From NCBI GenBank assembly GCA_018396535.1, contig JAGTQC010000008.1, forward strand, positions 207-64,206: DNA of 64,000 nt, written 5' to 3'. Shown one piece after another: positions 46,431 through 56,239 of this stretch (within the stretch, counting starts at the first letter, position 1; each line of letters opens with the position of its first letter). The position numbers were made by a program, and so were the translations under genes. Source of the DNA: Candidatus Bathyarchaeota archaeon. Lineage in GTDB: Archaea > Thermoproteota > CALKCG01 > B24 > DRYS01. Under the pieces are notes generated by a model that did not search any database, was not told the DNA's origin, and saw only the letters and a list, made by a program, of their open reading frames with translations.

Positions 46431-47006
46431 ATGAGTAAGGAGTCTAAACTTAGGGAGCCTACCATAAGGATTGAGAATGTCGTATCTTCCGTAACGCTTG
46501 ATCAACCTATAGACCTATTATCTGTTATGAAGGCTGTACCGGATATGGTGGAGTATAAACCTGAACAGTTTCCAGGCCTCGTTTTTAGATTAAAGAAACC
46601 TAAGACAGCTACCCTTATATTTGCATCGGGTAAAATGGTATGTACAGGAGCTAAATCTGAAGCGTTAGCTAAGAGAGCTGTTAGGAAGGTTCTAAAGTAC
46701 CTCAAGGATAACGGTATACTAATAGTATCACGTCCTGAAATTAAGATACAGAATATAGTAGCTTCCGCAGATATACATGCTAGGATAGATCTCGAAAAAG
46801 CTGTATTCGCTTTAGGACGTACAATGTATGAGCCTGAGCAGTTTCCAGGTTTAATCTATCGTATGGATGAACCTAAGGTTGTTATGCTCCTATTCGCAAG
46901 CGGGAAACTAGTATGTACTGGTGCTAAGAAAGAATCTGAAGTAAAGGAGGCAGTATATAGGCTTAGGGATGAGCTCGAACAGAAGCAGCTATTATACTAT
47001 GAGTAG
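46431..47006 (+). CDS. tbp: TATA-box binding protein
   Basis: Two direct repeats: IENVVSSV ... EQFPGLVFRL ... LIFASGKMVCTGAKS, and IQNIVASA ... EQFPGLIYRM ... LLFASGKLVCTGAKK. Confidence 0.95.
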   Translation: MSKESKLREPTIRIENVVSSVTLDQPIDLLSVMKAVPDMVEYKPEQFPGLVFRLKKPKTATLIFASGKMVCTGAKSEALAKRAVRKVLKYLKDNGILIVSRPEIKIQNIVASADIHARIDLEKAVFALGRTMYEPEQFPGLIYRMDEPKVVMLLFASGKLVCTGAKKESEVKEAVYRLRDELEQKQLLYYE

Positions 47007-48619
47007 ATTCTCTCTTTAAGTTTCTTAAAAATAAAACCAGATTCTATGGGTACTAGAGGTGTGAAGACGCTATAGTATCTGAAGCTGGATGCATCCTCCA
47101 GGGTTTCCGTAGTTCCTCCCCCAGCTATGTATCCATCTACGAAGGAATCTATGATATCCTTGAGTAGCTTTAGATCACCATTTGGAATTTCTATACTCGT
47201 AAGATATAATAGCTCAGCTATATCCCATCCTAGGCTCTGATTAGATTCTTTAAATTGCTCTAGATCCAGTATGTATAGTCTCCCATCTGATCCGAATAAT
47301 ATATGGCTAGGCTTAACATCACCTAAACGATAGCCTAGATTATGTATTCTACCTATCAGGCTACCGAGGAGTCCATAGATTTCACGTATTTTTTCACTAC
47401 ATCTTTTAAGCATAGATTTGAGGCTCTCCCCATACACGTATTCTCTAACCATATACAATTTTCTAAGATCTATACATATTATCGGCGTATATGGTAGCCC
47501 TTCCTCGCTAAATTTCATAAGTCCTAGATACTCGTTGAGTAGCCTATTCTTAGGTTTAACTTCAAAATCTACAGCTAGCTGTGACCATAAGGATACTGGT
47601 ATCCATTTAGCTAAATCAAATCTTCCATACATTTTGACAAGTATTCTTTTACCATCGCCATCGACCAGGTACGTTAAGCTAAATGGATGCCCTATCCTTC
47701 TAACTTTAGGTTTCTCGAATCCAAGCTCTTTCAGTATAGTTGATAGAGCTTCACCACGATCAGCAACCTGTATACCTCTATGCGTAGGTAGATAGATATG
47801 CCCACGTATGTCAAGCTTAAAATCTGAAGCTCTATATGATCTCAGGAGTTTAGATATAAACTCCTCTAGGAATACTTTAAGGAAAACATCTCTACCAGCA
47901 TAGGTATGTACTGTATAAGATTTAACTACTCTAACCATCTTCCCGCTAATCCTCTTGATAATGTATCTCTTACCATCTATAAGCGATAGTATAGATCTAT
48001 CTAATTGTATGAATCCATCCTGGAGCTTAATATATCCATCAGATTCTATAGATTTTAAGGCTTCGTATAATCCATCCATAATAATCCTAAGATTCTTTTC
48101 CCCTCTATCGCCTGATAGCATAAGCTTGTAGCTATAACCTACTGGTGGGTACGTCTTAGCTCTTCTACTTAGATAGCATAGAGGTATGTAGGTAGGATCT
48201 ATTAGAAGATATTCTATTACGGTTTTATACGTGTATGCAAGCTCCAATAGCTCTTCCAAAGCTACTCTTCTTTTCATAGATATCTCCCACATCCTCACGT
48301 ACTCTCTATTCGATAACGGTATGAATGGTGTGAAAAGTCTACCAGATACGAAATCGCCTAGGATCGAATCTCTTATATCTGCTTCGAATATCTCTCTATC
48401 CACAGCTAGGATAGCTAACTTAACCCTACCAAATGGTTTATAATGATACTGTATCCTCGCAGACAGCCCATCCATCACGGCTATCACGTCATAATCGCTA
48501 TCTTCCCTAGCATAACCTGAAACTCTAGATCCATACAGTATCACAGCTCTAACAGATTCAGCCCCCTCCTCAGATGCTACCTTATCTACTAGCTCCAATA
48601 TACTATTGCTTAGGTCCAT
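46997..48619 (-). CDS. fusion of minimal nucleotidyltransferase domain and RIO/Bud32-like protein kinase domain
   Basis: N-terminus: VILYGSRVSGYAREDSDYDVIAV (GS...DxD of the Pol-beta superfamily). C-terminus: MVREYVYGESL, IHNLGYRLGDVKPSHILF and LYILDLEQF (catalytic and DFG-like loops). Confidence 0.6.
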   Translation of the reverse strand: MDLSNSILELVDKVASEEGAESVRAVILYGSRVSGYAREDSDYDVIAVMDGLSARIQYHYKPFGRVKLAILAVDREIFEADIRDSILGDFVSGRLFTPFIPLSNREYVRMWEISMKRRVALEELLELAYTYKTVIEYLLIDPTYIPLCYLSRRAKTYPPVGYSYKLMLSGDRGEKNLRIIMDGLYEALKSIESDGYIKLQDGFIQLDRSILSLIDGKRYIIKRISGKMVRVVKSYTVHTYAGRDVFLKVFLEEFISKLLRSYRASDFKLDIRGHIYLPTHRGIQVADRGEALSTILKELGFEKPKVRRIGHPFSLTYLVDGDGKRILVKMYGRFDLAKWIPVSLWSQLAVDFEVKPKNRLLNEYLGLMKFSEEGLPYTPIICIDLRKLYMVREYVYGESLKSMLKRCSEKIREIYGLLGSLIGRIHNLGYRLGDVKPSHILFGSDGRLYILDLEQFKESNQSLGWDIAELLYLTSIEIPNGDLKLLKDIIDSFVDGYIAGGGTTETLEDASSFRYYSVFTPLVPIESGFIFKKLKERIYS

Positions 48620-48715
48620 AATACCCCCTACTCGACCCTCTTCATTCGTATATCTATAGACTCGATCCTATAATCTTTAAGAACGCGTTACGTTATAATA
48701 AAAGTCGATAAAGCT

Positions 48716-49345
48716 TTGGTATATGTATCGCTAGCTCTAGATTTCATAGATCTAAACGATGCTCTGAAGATAGCCGAGAAATGCTACAGATTCTTCGATA
48801 TATTAGAAGCTGGTACACCGCTCATTAAAGCTGAAGGTTCTAAGCGCTGTATAGATGCGTTAAGAAAATTCAATTTACCCATATACCTAGACCTTAAAAC
48901 AGTCGATGTAGGGGGATTGGAGGCTCTCCTATCGGCAGACCCAGTCAGATACGCTACGGTATTGGCCCTGTCCGATGAGTCTACGATAAGGGATTTCCAT
49001 AATGTATGTAAATCTAAAGGCGTATACTCAGTTATGGATACTATAAGGTGTAACATCAATAGGATTGGTGAAATAGATGTACCGGTAGACTATGTAGCTA
49101 TACATTTGGGAGTAGATGAGAGGAGGGTTGGAGGGGATATAGTATCTGTAGTGAAGATATTTAGAAGCGTATATGGTGATAGACGTCTAGCAGTAGGAGG
49201 AGGCCTATCACCTGAGAAAATATCGAATTTACTACCCTTGCTACGTGGTGACGATATATTAATAGTTGGATCCTATGTTTCAAGATCAAGTAATCCAGAG
49301 GAATCAGCTAAGCAGCTGAGGGGGGTCATGGATGAATTCATATAG
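48716..49345 (+). CDS. hxlA: 3-hexulose-6-phosphate synthase (OMP decarboxylase family)
   Basis: SLALDFIDLNDAL, ILEAGTPLIKAEG and DLKTVDVG match the HPS pattern. Confidence 0.7.
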   Translation: MVYVSLALDFIDLNDALKIAEKCYRFFDILEAGTPLIKAEGSKRCIDALRKFNLPIYLDLKTVDVGGLEALLSADPVRYATVLALSDESTIRDFHNVCKSKGVYSVMDTIRCNINRIGEIDVPVDYVAIHLGVDERRVGGDIVSVVKIFRSVYGDRRLAVGGGLSPEKISNLLPLLRGDDILIVGSYVSRSSNPEESAKQLRGVMDEFI

Positions 49346-50489
49346 TATAGATGATATTTTCCAAATTTTCCCAGATAACTATCTTAAGTTATGCGATCTA
49401 CTCAGATCATTCGAGCTACCAGAGAGCATGCTATTTGATAAACTTAAATCTATGGTTGAAGAATCACATAGAATATTATGCATAGGTACAGGTAGATCTG
49501 GTGACGTAGCTGATATACTATCTAAGTTTCTACGTAATCTTGGTTTCCATAGTTACGGACCAGAGGAGCTGCCATATATGTTTGGTAAGAATGATCTAGT
49601 CATAGCAATATCTGGTAGTGGTTCAACTCCGTATACGCTTGAAATAGTTAGGATTGCTAAAAGCATAAGCGCGCATATAGTAGGGTTTACATCCAACTTG
49701 GATTCCCCACTGGTTAAATTCCTAGACCTAGTATTTCATATACCAGGTGCACCTAAACGTAAACCCTTAAGATATGAGGTCATATCGCTGTCAGGCATAT
49801 ACTCTACACCGCTACTAATGTTGGGAGGTACTTTATTCGAGCTCAGAACACTCCTAGTTATACTTTCATTCATAGGCTATATGGCTCTAGGTTTAAACCC
49901 GTATAGCGTTTTCATGGATATGGTCTCGCTCTGCGCATCCTTCAAGCCTAATTATGATCAAGTTAAGTCACTGTATACTCTTATACCTAAACCTAGAAGC
50001 TTAAAAAACCCTTTATCAGGTAAGACTGTCGCTGTAGGTGAAGGTCTTTCAGGTATAGTTGCTAGATTCTTTATAACGCGGCTAAGGCATTGTGCTCACC
50101 CGGATGAGGAAAGGGTATGCTTCTATTGGCGTGATAGGGGCAGCGTAGCTTTAAAGCCGGGAGATCTTACACTCATAGTATCTGGCTCTGGTGAAGGTAT
50201 ACCAGCGGTTATGGCTAGAATAGCTAGAATGAAGAATTCTAAAGTTGCATCGATAACATCATACCTGGATTCTGAGCTAGCTAAGCTATCAGATGTAGTA
50301 GTCTATGTACCTGGACGAGTACTACAATATATAGATGGACTCAGAGGTAGCTATCTACCCATGGATCCAAAACAGTCTATATTCGAGCTTAGGACAATAA
50401 TATTGTTAGAGACGCTTATACAGTCTATAGCTCGTATAGAAGGTTTAACCGATAGGGATTTATGGGCTCATCATCCAGACTTCATGTAG
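49332..50489 (+). CDS. hxlB: 6-phospho-3-hexuloisomerase-like protein with two SIS domains
   Basis: Two SIS repeats: ILCIGTGRSGDVA ... LVIAISGSGST, and TVAVGEGLSGIVA ... LTLIVSGSGEG. It overlaps the hps-like gene by 14 nt. Confidence 0.65.
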   Translation: MNSYSIDDIFQIFPDNYLKLCDLLRSFELPESMLFDKLKSMVEESHRILCIGTGRSGDVADILSKFLRNLGFHSYGPEELPYMFGKNDLVIAISGSGSTPYTLEIVRIAKSISAHIVGFTSNLDSPLVKFLDLVFHIPGAPKRKPLRYEVISLSGIYSTPLLMLGGTLFELRTLLVILSFIGYMALGLNPYSVFMDMVSLCASFKPNYDQVKSLYTLIPKPRSLKNPLSGKTVAVGEGLSGIVARFFITRLRHCAHPDEERVCFYWRDRGSVALKPGDLTLIVSGSGEGIPAVMARIARMKNSKVASITSYLDSELAKLSDVVVYVPGRVLQYIDGLRGSYLPMDPKQSIFELRTIILLETLIQSIARIEGLTDRDLWAHHPDFM

Positions 50490-50568
50490 TTTTCAAGTTA
50501 ACGCTTTTCTATAAGATCGTCTTAGACTAGGTTTACAGGATCTACGCTGTATGGATGGGAGAATCTGA

Positions 50569-51696
50569 ATGTCTGATAGGAGGTTCGTAGTTACACCTTG
50601 GGAGGTTAGAGGGGAGGTAGACTACGATAAGCTGATAGAAGAATTCGGTGTACAACCGATAAGCGAAGAACTAGAGGAGAGATTCAAGAGGTATACTGGA
50701 GGAAAACTTCATCTACAAATTAGGAGAAGAATATTCTTCTCGCATAGAGACTTCGATTGGATATTGGACTCCTATGATTCCGGAGAGCGATTCTTCCTAT
50801 ACACTGGTAGAGGGCCATCCGGGCATACACATATAGGCCATATAATACCTTGGATATTCACTAAGGATCTACAGAAGTGTTTCGATGTAGAAGTATACTT
50901 CCAGCTTACAGATGATGAAAAGTTCTTAGTTAAACCAGATCTAAGATTGGAGGATACGATTAGCTATGCATATGATAACGCCTTAGATGTTATAGCATGT
51001 GGATTTGAGAAGGGTAAAACATGGCTCTTCCTAGATACAGAGTATATCAAAACATTGTACAGTATAGCTTTAAGGATAGCTAAACATACAACATTCTCTA
51101 CCGTTAAAGCTGTCTTCGGTTTCACAAGCTCTACTAACATAGGTATGATATTCTTTCCAGCTATACAGGCTGCACCCTGCTTCCTTCCGTCAGTAGTGAG
51201 GGGACGTAATATTCCATGTCTAATACCCGCTGCGATAGATCAGGACCCATACTGGCGTGGTGTAGCTAGAGCAGTAGCTCCTAAGCTTGGATTCTATAAG
51301 CCTGCACAGATACACTGTAAATTCCTACCCGGATTAGGTAGAGGTGGTAAAATGAGTGCCAGTCAACCTGAGACCGCTATATTCACAACAGATAAACCTG
51401 AAGTAGCTGAAGTTAAGATTATGAACGCATACACAGGTGGTCAGCCTACAGTTAGGGAGCAAAAGGCTAAAGGAGGTAATCCTGACATATGTCCGATATA
51501 CCACTACTACCTATTCCTCTTCGAAGAAGATGATAGTAAACTAAAGGAAAGATATCTAAATTGTCGCAGCGGCTCACTACTCTGTGGAGACTGTAAGGAG
51601 AACCTAGCTAAACGTGTATCATCCTTCCTTAAGGATCATCAGAAGCGACGCATGGAAGCTAGAAATATTCTAGAAGATTTCATCCTCAGAGATTAG
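50569..51696 (+). CDS. trpS: tryptophanyl-tRNA synthetase
   Basis: HIGH region GRGPSGHTHIGH and KMSAS motif (GGKMSASQP). Confidence 0.85.
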   Translation: MSDRRFVVTPWEVRGEVDYDKLIEEFGVQPISEELEERFKRYTGGKLHLQIRRRIFFSHRDFDWILDSYDSGERFFLYTGRGPSGHTHIGHIIPWIFTKDLQKCFDVEVYFQLTDDEKFLVKPDLRLEDTISYAYDNALDVIACGFEKGKTWLFLDTEYIKTLYSIALRIAKHTTFSTVKAVFGFTSSTNIGMIFFPAIQAAPCFLPSVVRGRNIPCLIPAAIDQDPYWRGVARAVAPKLGFYKPAQIHCKFLPGLGRGGKMSASQPETAIFTTDKPEVAEVKIMNAYTGGQPTVREQKAKGGNPDICPIYHYYLFLFEEDDSKLKERYLNCRSGSLLCGDCKENLAKRVSSFLKDHQKRRMEARNILEDFILRD

Positions 51697-51706
51697 AGGT
51701 GAGATT

Positions 51707-53245
51707 ATGAAGGATAGGATTAACCTATCAAACATTGGGCGTAGGATAATAGAGTTAATGGGTAGTATAGGATCACCTATCTATATGGATAGACTTGCAT
51801 CTATGCTAGATCTATCCGTAAGCCAGGTTGCTTCGATAATAGAGGATCTCAGATCCAAGGGCCTCATAGAGTGTATTAAAGAGGATTATCTCTCTATTAG
51901 GGTTACTAGTGAAGGTGAATCTTACCGTAGATTAGGTCTTCCTGAAAGGCGTTCTATACGTAAGCTTCTAGAGCTTGGCTCTATACCTATAACTAGGCTT
52001 TTGGAAGAGGTTGGATTGACGGATGCGGAGGCTAGGATAGCTAGCATATGGCTTATAAAGAGGGGTTGGGCTAAGATAGAAGATATCGGCGGTATTAAGG
52101 TACTGAAACCTATAGTTGAATGTGAACCTGAACTTACAGCTGATGAAAAACTTCTAGAGTCTATAGGTCTGGAATATTCTATTCCTATTAATGCTCCTAG
52201 AGATCTGATAGAAGCTCTAGCCGTATTGGAGAAAAGGAAGCTTGTAGAGAAGGATGTTAGACATAGGGTTATCGTTAGGCTAACAGATTACGGCTTAAAA
52301 GTTGCCAGAGGTGAGGTGCAAGTTCTGGAGGAAGTTACGAGGGTTACAAGTAGTCTACTTGTGAGTGGTGGATGGCGCAATGTTGTATTCAAACCCTATG
52401 ATGTAACGTTACCAGTATACCAGCTCTACCCAGGTAGAAGACATTTCCTCAGACAAGTTCTAGATTATATGAGGCGTATATGGGTTGAGATGGGGTTCAA
52501 GGAGATGGAGGGACCGATAGTGGAGACTGCATTCTGGGATTTCGATGCTTTATATGTACCGCAAGATCATCCAGCTAGAGATATGCAAGACACATTCTAT
52601 CTTAAGAATCCTAGATATGGTAGTCTACCAGATCGTAGTTTAGTCGAAAAAGTTAGGGCAGCTCATGAATATGGAGGAAGTACAGGATCTAGGGGTTGGC
52701 GGTATATGTGGAGTGATGAGGAAGCTAGAAGGTGCTTACTAAGAACTCATACAACATGCCTTTCTGCTAGAACTATCGCTACGCTTAAGAAATGTGATCT
52801 ACCAGCTAAATTCTTCTCTATAGGTAGGGTTTTCAGGAATGAAACCTTAAGCTGGAAGAGTTTATGCGAATTTTATCAAACAGATGGTATCGTAGTTGAT
52901 GAGAAAGCTACGTTTGCCCATCTCCTAGGATACTTAAAGAGATACTTCACTATGTTAGGCTTCAGAGATATAAGGTTTCGTCCAGCATACTTCCCCTATA
53001 CTGAGCCCTCTGTGGAGATAGAGGTCTATCACCCGGTTTATAAGCAGTGGCTTGAGCTTGGTGGCGCAGGTGTATTCAGGCCTGAAGTCGTAGAAACCCT
53101 TTTAGGTATGGATATACCAGTATTAGCATGGGGTCCAGGATTAAATCGTATAGTTATGATGAACTATGGTATCAAGGATATAAGGGAGCTTCATGCGAAT
53201 GATCTTAGACAGCTACGTGAGTTACCTGATTGGATAGGTGTATAA
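51707..53245 (+). CDS. pheS: phenylalanyl-tRNA synthetase alpha subunit
   Basis: Class II core motifs (HPARDMQDTFY, LRTHTT, FSIGRVFRNE, GAGVFRPEV) with N-terminal winged-helix repeats. Confidence 0.9.
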   Translation: MKDRINLSNIGRRIIELMGSIGSPIYMDRLASMLDLSVSQVASIIEDLRSKGLIECIKEDYLSIRVTSEGESYRRLGLPERRSIRKLLELGSIPITRLLEEVGLTDAEARIASIWLIKRGWAKIEDIGGIKVLKPIVECEPELTADEKLLESIGLEYSIPINAPRDLIEALAVLEKRKLVEKDVRHRVIVRLTDYGLKVARGEVQVLEEVTRVTSSLLVSGGWRNVVFKPYDVTLPVYQLYPGRRHFLRQVLDYMRRIWVEMGFKEMEGPIVETAFWDFDALYVPQDHPARDMQDTFYLKNPRYGSLPDRSLVEKVRAAHEYGGSTGSRGWRYMWSDEEARRCLLRTHTTCLSARTIATLKKCDLPAKFFSIGRVFRNETLSWKSLCEFYQTDGIVVDEKATFAHLLGYLKRYFTMLGFRDIRFRPAYFPYTEPSVEIEVYHPVYKQWLELGGAGVFRPEVVETLLGMDIPVLAWGPGLNRIVMMNYGIKDIRELHANDLRQLRELPDWIGV

Positions 53246-53248
53246 GGT

Positions 53249-54952
53249 ATGCCTGTTGTATCGGTTAAGCTTAGAGATTTCTGTAGCCTTCTAGGATTGG
53301 ATCTAAGTATAGATGATCTAAGAGATAAAATGCCTATGATGGGTATAGCTTGGGAAAGGGATTATGAAGATGGATTCGATGTAGAGGTATTTCCTAATAG
53401 ACCGGATATGTTCTCTGTAGAAGGTCTTGCAAGAGCTTATGCAGGATTCATAGGTGTGAGTAATGGTTTGCGAAGTTATAATGTTAGAGAGAATGGACCT
53501 ATAGTATACGTAGATAGGAGTATGGCATCTATCAGACCTTATATACTCGTAGCTCTTATAGATGGTGTAGACATATCTGAATACTCCTTAGAATCGATAA
53601 TACAGCTTCAAGAAAAGCTTCACTTATCGTACTGTAGAGATAGACGTAAAGCTTCGATAGGTATACATGATGCAAGTAGACTAGAGTATCCTCTAATATA
53701 CAAAGCCGTAGGTGGGGACGAGCTTAGGTTCAAGCCTCTAGATTTTGATGAGGAATTAACTCCTAGAGAGATAATAGAGAAGCATCCTAAGGGTATAGCG
53801 TATGGGCATCTAATACGTGGCTACGGGTTATATCCTATACTCATGGATGCTAGGGGTAGGGTTCTAAGCATGCCTCCGATAATAAACGGAGAGTTTACGA
53901 GAGTTACTACGTCAACTAAGCGGCTCTTACTAGATGTTACTGGCTTAGATATGGATATAGTTTCTTCGGTTATGAAGATCCTTGTATGCAATATATGTGA
54001 AAGAGGCGGTGTGATCTATAGAGGCGAAGCTATCTACGAGTATGATACACCGCTGGGTATGCGTGTTAAAGCCCCGATTCTAGAACCATATACGATGAAA
54101 CTCGATCTAAGTAGAGCCTGTAGACTCATAGGTGTAGATATAAGCATAGAAGAAGCTCTAAAACTTCTTAAACGCATGAGATATGACGCTAAGGTTGTCG
54201 ATGAAAAAACTATAGAAGTATACATACCGCCGTATAGAGTGGATATTATGCATTGGGTTGATCTAGCTGAAGATCTACTAATAGCATTTGGCTACAATAA
54301 AGTTGAGCCAGTTATACCTGCTATAGCCACTATAGGTGGCGAAAGTCCAATAGAACTATTTACTAGGAAAATCCGAGAGATAATGGTTGGTTTAGGTTTC
54401 CAAGAAGTTATGACATACATACTTACAAACCCTATAGATCAATTCGATCTCATGAGGGTTGATAGATCTCCATATGTAGAGATAGAGAACCCTAAGACTT
54501 TAGAGTTCACCATGTGTAGACTATGGCTCCTTCCATGTCTGATGAATGTCCTCGCCTCGAATAAGCATAACCCATATCCTCAGAAGATATTCGAAGCGGA
54601 TGATGTAGTAGTATTAGACCAATCCTCAGAGACTGGGGCTAGAAATCTAAGAAAGATGGCGGCGGCTTCAGCTCATGCTGAAGCAGATTTTGCAGAAGCA
54701 AAAGCTATAGCAGAAGCGTTGATGAGATGTTTAGGGCTTCAAGCATCCTATAAACCCTTAATTCATCCATCATTTATAGATGGTAGAGCAGCAGCGATAG
54801 AAGTTGATGGGGAGGAAATAGGTTTCCTAGGGGAAATACATCCCGAAATACTCGAGAATCTAGGATTAGAAAATCCTGTAGCCGCATTGGAAGTGAATTT
54901 AGAGTTATTATACAACATAATTAAAAGGAGGAAAGGGATATTGGATCTATAG
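53249..54952 (+). CDS. pheT: phenylalanyl-tRNA synthetase beta subunit
   Basis: 567 aa directly downstream of pheS. It has B3/B4- and B5-like regions (FPNRPDMFSVEGLARA). Confidence 0.9.
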   Translation: MPVVSVKLRDFCSLLGLDLSIDDLRDKMPMMGIAWERDYEDGFDVEVFPNRPDMFSVEGLARAYAGFIGVSNGLRSYNVRENGPIVYVDRSMASIRPYILVALIDGVDISEYSLESIIQLQEKLHLSYCRDRRKASIGIHDASRLEYPLIYKAVGGDELRFKPLDFDEELTPREIIEKHPKGIAYGHLIRGYGLYPILMDARGRVLSMPPIINGEFTRVTTSTKRLLLDVTGLDMDIVSSVMKILVCNICERGGVIYRGEAIYEYDTPLGMRVKAPILEPYTMKLDLSRACRLIGVDISIEEALKLLKRMRYDAKVVDEKTIEVYIPPYRVDIMHWVDLAEDLLIAFGYNKVEPVIPAIATIGGESPIELFTRKIREIMVGLGFQEVMTYILTNPIDQFDLMRVDRSPYVEIENPKTLEFTMCRLWLLPCLMNVLASNKHNPYPQKIFEADDVVVLDQSSETGARNLRKMAAASAHAEADFAEAKAIAEALMRCLGLQASYKPLIHPSFIDGRAAAIEVDGEEIGFLGEIHPEILENLGLENPVAALEVNLELLYNIIKRRKGILDL

Positions 54953-55387
54953 AGCTTTAGGTTTCAACTTATGAACATCCTAAAAAGACATCTATATCAA
55001 CATACAACCCCTCCATCCATCTAGACTCCCATCGTATTTTCCTTAGTGAAATAGCAGAATGTTTCGATAATGTGATTATTACAACATTGGATGGTATCTG
55101 TAACGGTGATAGCTTTAGCTATAAGCGTTATTAGTTGCTTATAGATTACTTTAAATTTTATCTAAGGTGATTATAAAGTCTTAGGGAATGTTTTTATTGC
55201 TAATAAGTTCACTAAATATTATAAAAGAGTCACGATATGTGAATCTAAATCACGAATTGCGATTATGAAATATATTTTCTTAAAGTTTCTAAAATCTGTA
55301 TAACCGTCATATATCTATGTATAAATATATCATTTTCTTATATGTATCAAAGATACCCTTATTATCTAACTGCTTTTTGAAGTTGAA

Positions 55388-56239
55388 CTAATATCTCCCT
55401 ACACTTATCTCTCGCTTATCTCTTGCATATGGTTCCATATATGGTTGTCCCCCTCCATAGAGACAACCATCTAGGCATATATAGAGCGGTACTCTCATTT
55501 AGTTCCCTTATCTTAAGTTTTCGACAACCCTCTCTATCTGCTCTATACCTATGGCTTTAGCTAGCTATCCACCCGATTCATCCTCATCTAATTCTATCCT
55601 ATCGAAATTAGATTCTGGTAGTGAATCTACATCTACCTTAGCTAGTAATCTTGTAGTCTCCCTGGTAGTTAACGTTAATTTTCTTCCAATCTTTCTAGCT
55701 AGGTATGGAGTAATCCATATAGAATCTCTACGATCTAGCATGGGTGGTTTAACCACATACTCTGATAAGCTTGGATGACATATATGTATATACCTGATCT
55801 TCAGCTTCAATATATAGGATAGGATAAGCTTTACTTCGTTTTTAGAAGTAGTTACCGTAAGTTTAGGTTTCCATAAAACGACTCTACCAACCCCAACCCT
55901 TCTTAAAGCCTCTACTATCTTACCATAGAGATCTCCACCTATATTTAACGCTTCACATAGACCTGCAACCGCTTCATGCTCTATATATATCGGGAGCCGC
56001 CCCTCTACTAAGCATAATACCTATATATACCTAGTAGAGTCTGCCTCGATTATAACTCCTACTGGGTAGTACACAGCACATTGACCACATGCTATACATG
56101 ATGCCTCATCTAGTTTAATACCGAATAGTGTGGTGACGATCGTATTTATACTCCTGTAAGCATAATCCAAAACAGTCATCACATTACGGCATACAGTAAT
56201 ACAGCGTCCGCATACAATACATTTCCCCCATCTAAGCAT
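55388..56239 (-). pseudogene. decayed [FeFe]-hydrogenase catalytic subunit (HydA-like) gene
   Basis: Ferredoxin part: CIVCGRC...CIACGQCAVYYPVG. The H-domain relics are broken by stops and frame changes:
- HEAVAGLCEALNIGGDLYGKIVEALRRVGV
- ICHPSLSEYV, in place of TSCCPGW
- TLTTRETTRLLAKVDVDSLPESNFD
- YICLDGCLYGGGQPY, the P3 motif
The MPCxxKK region is missing. Confidence 0.6.
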
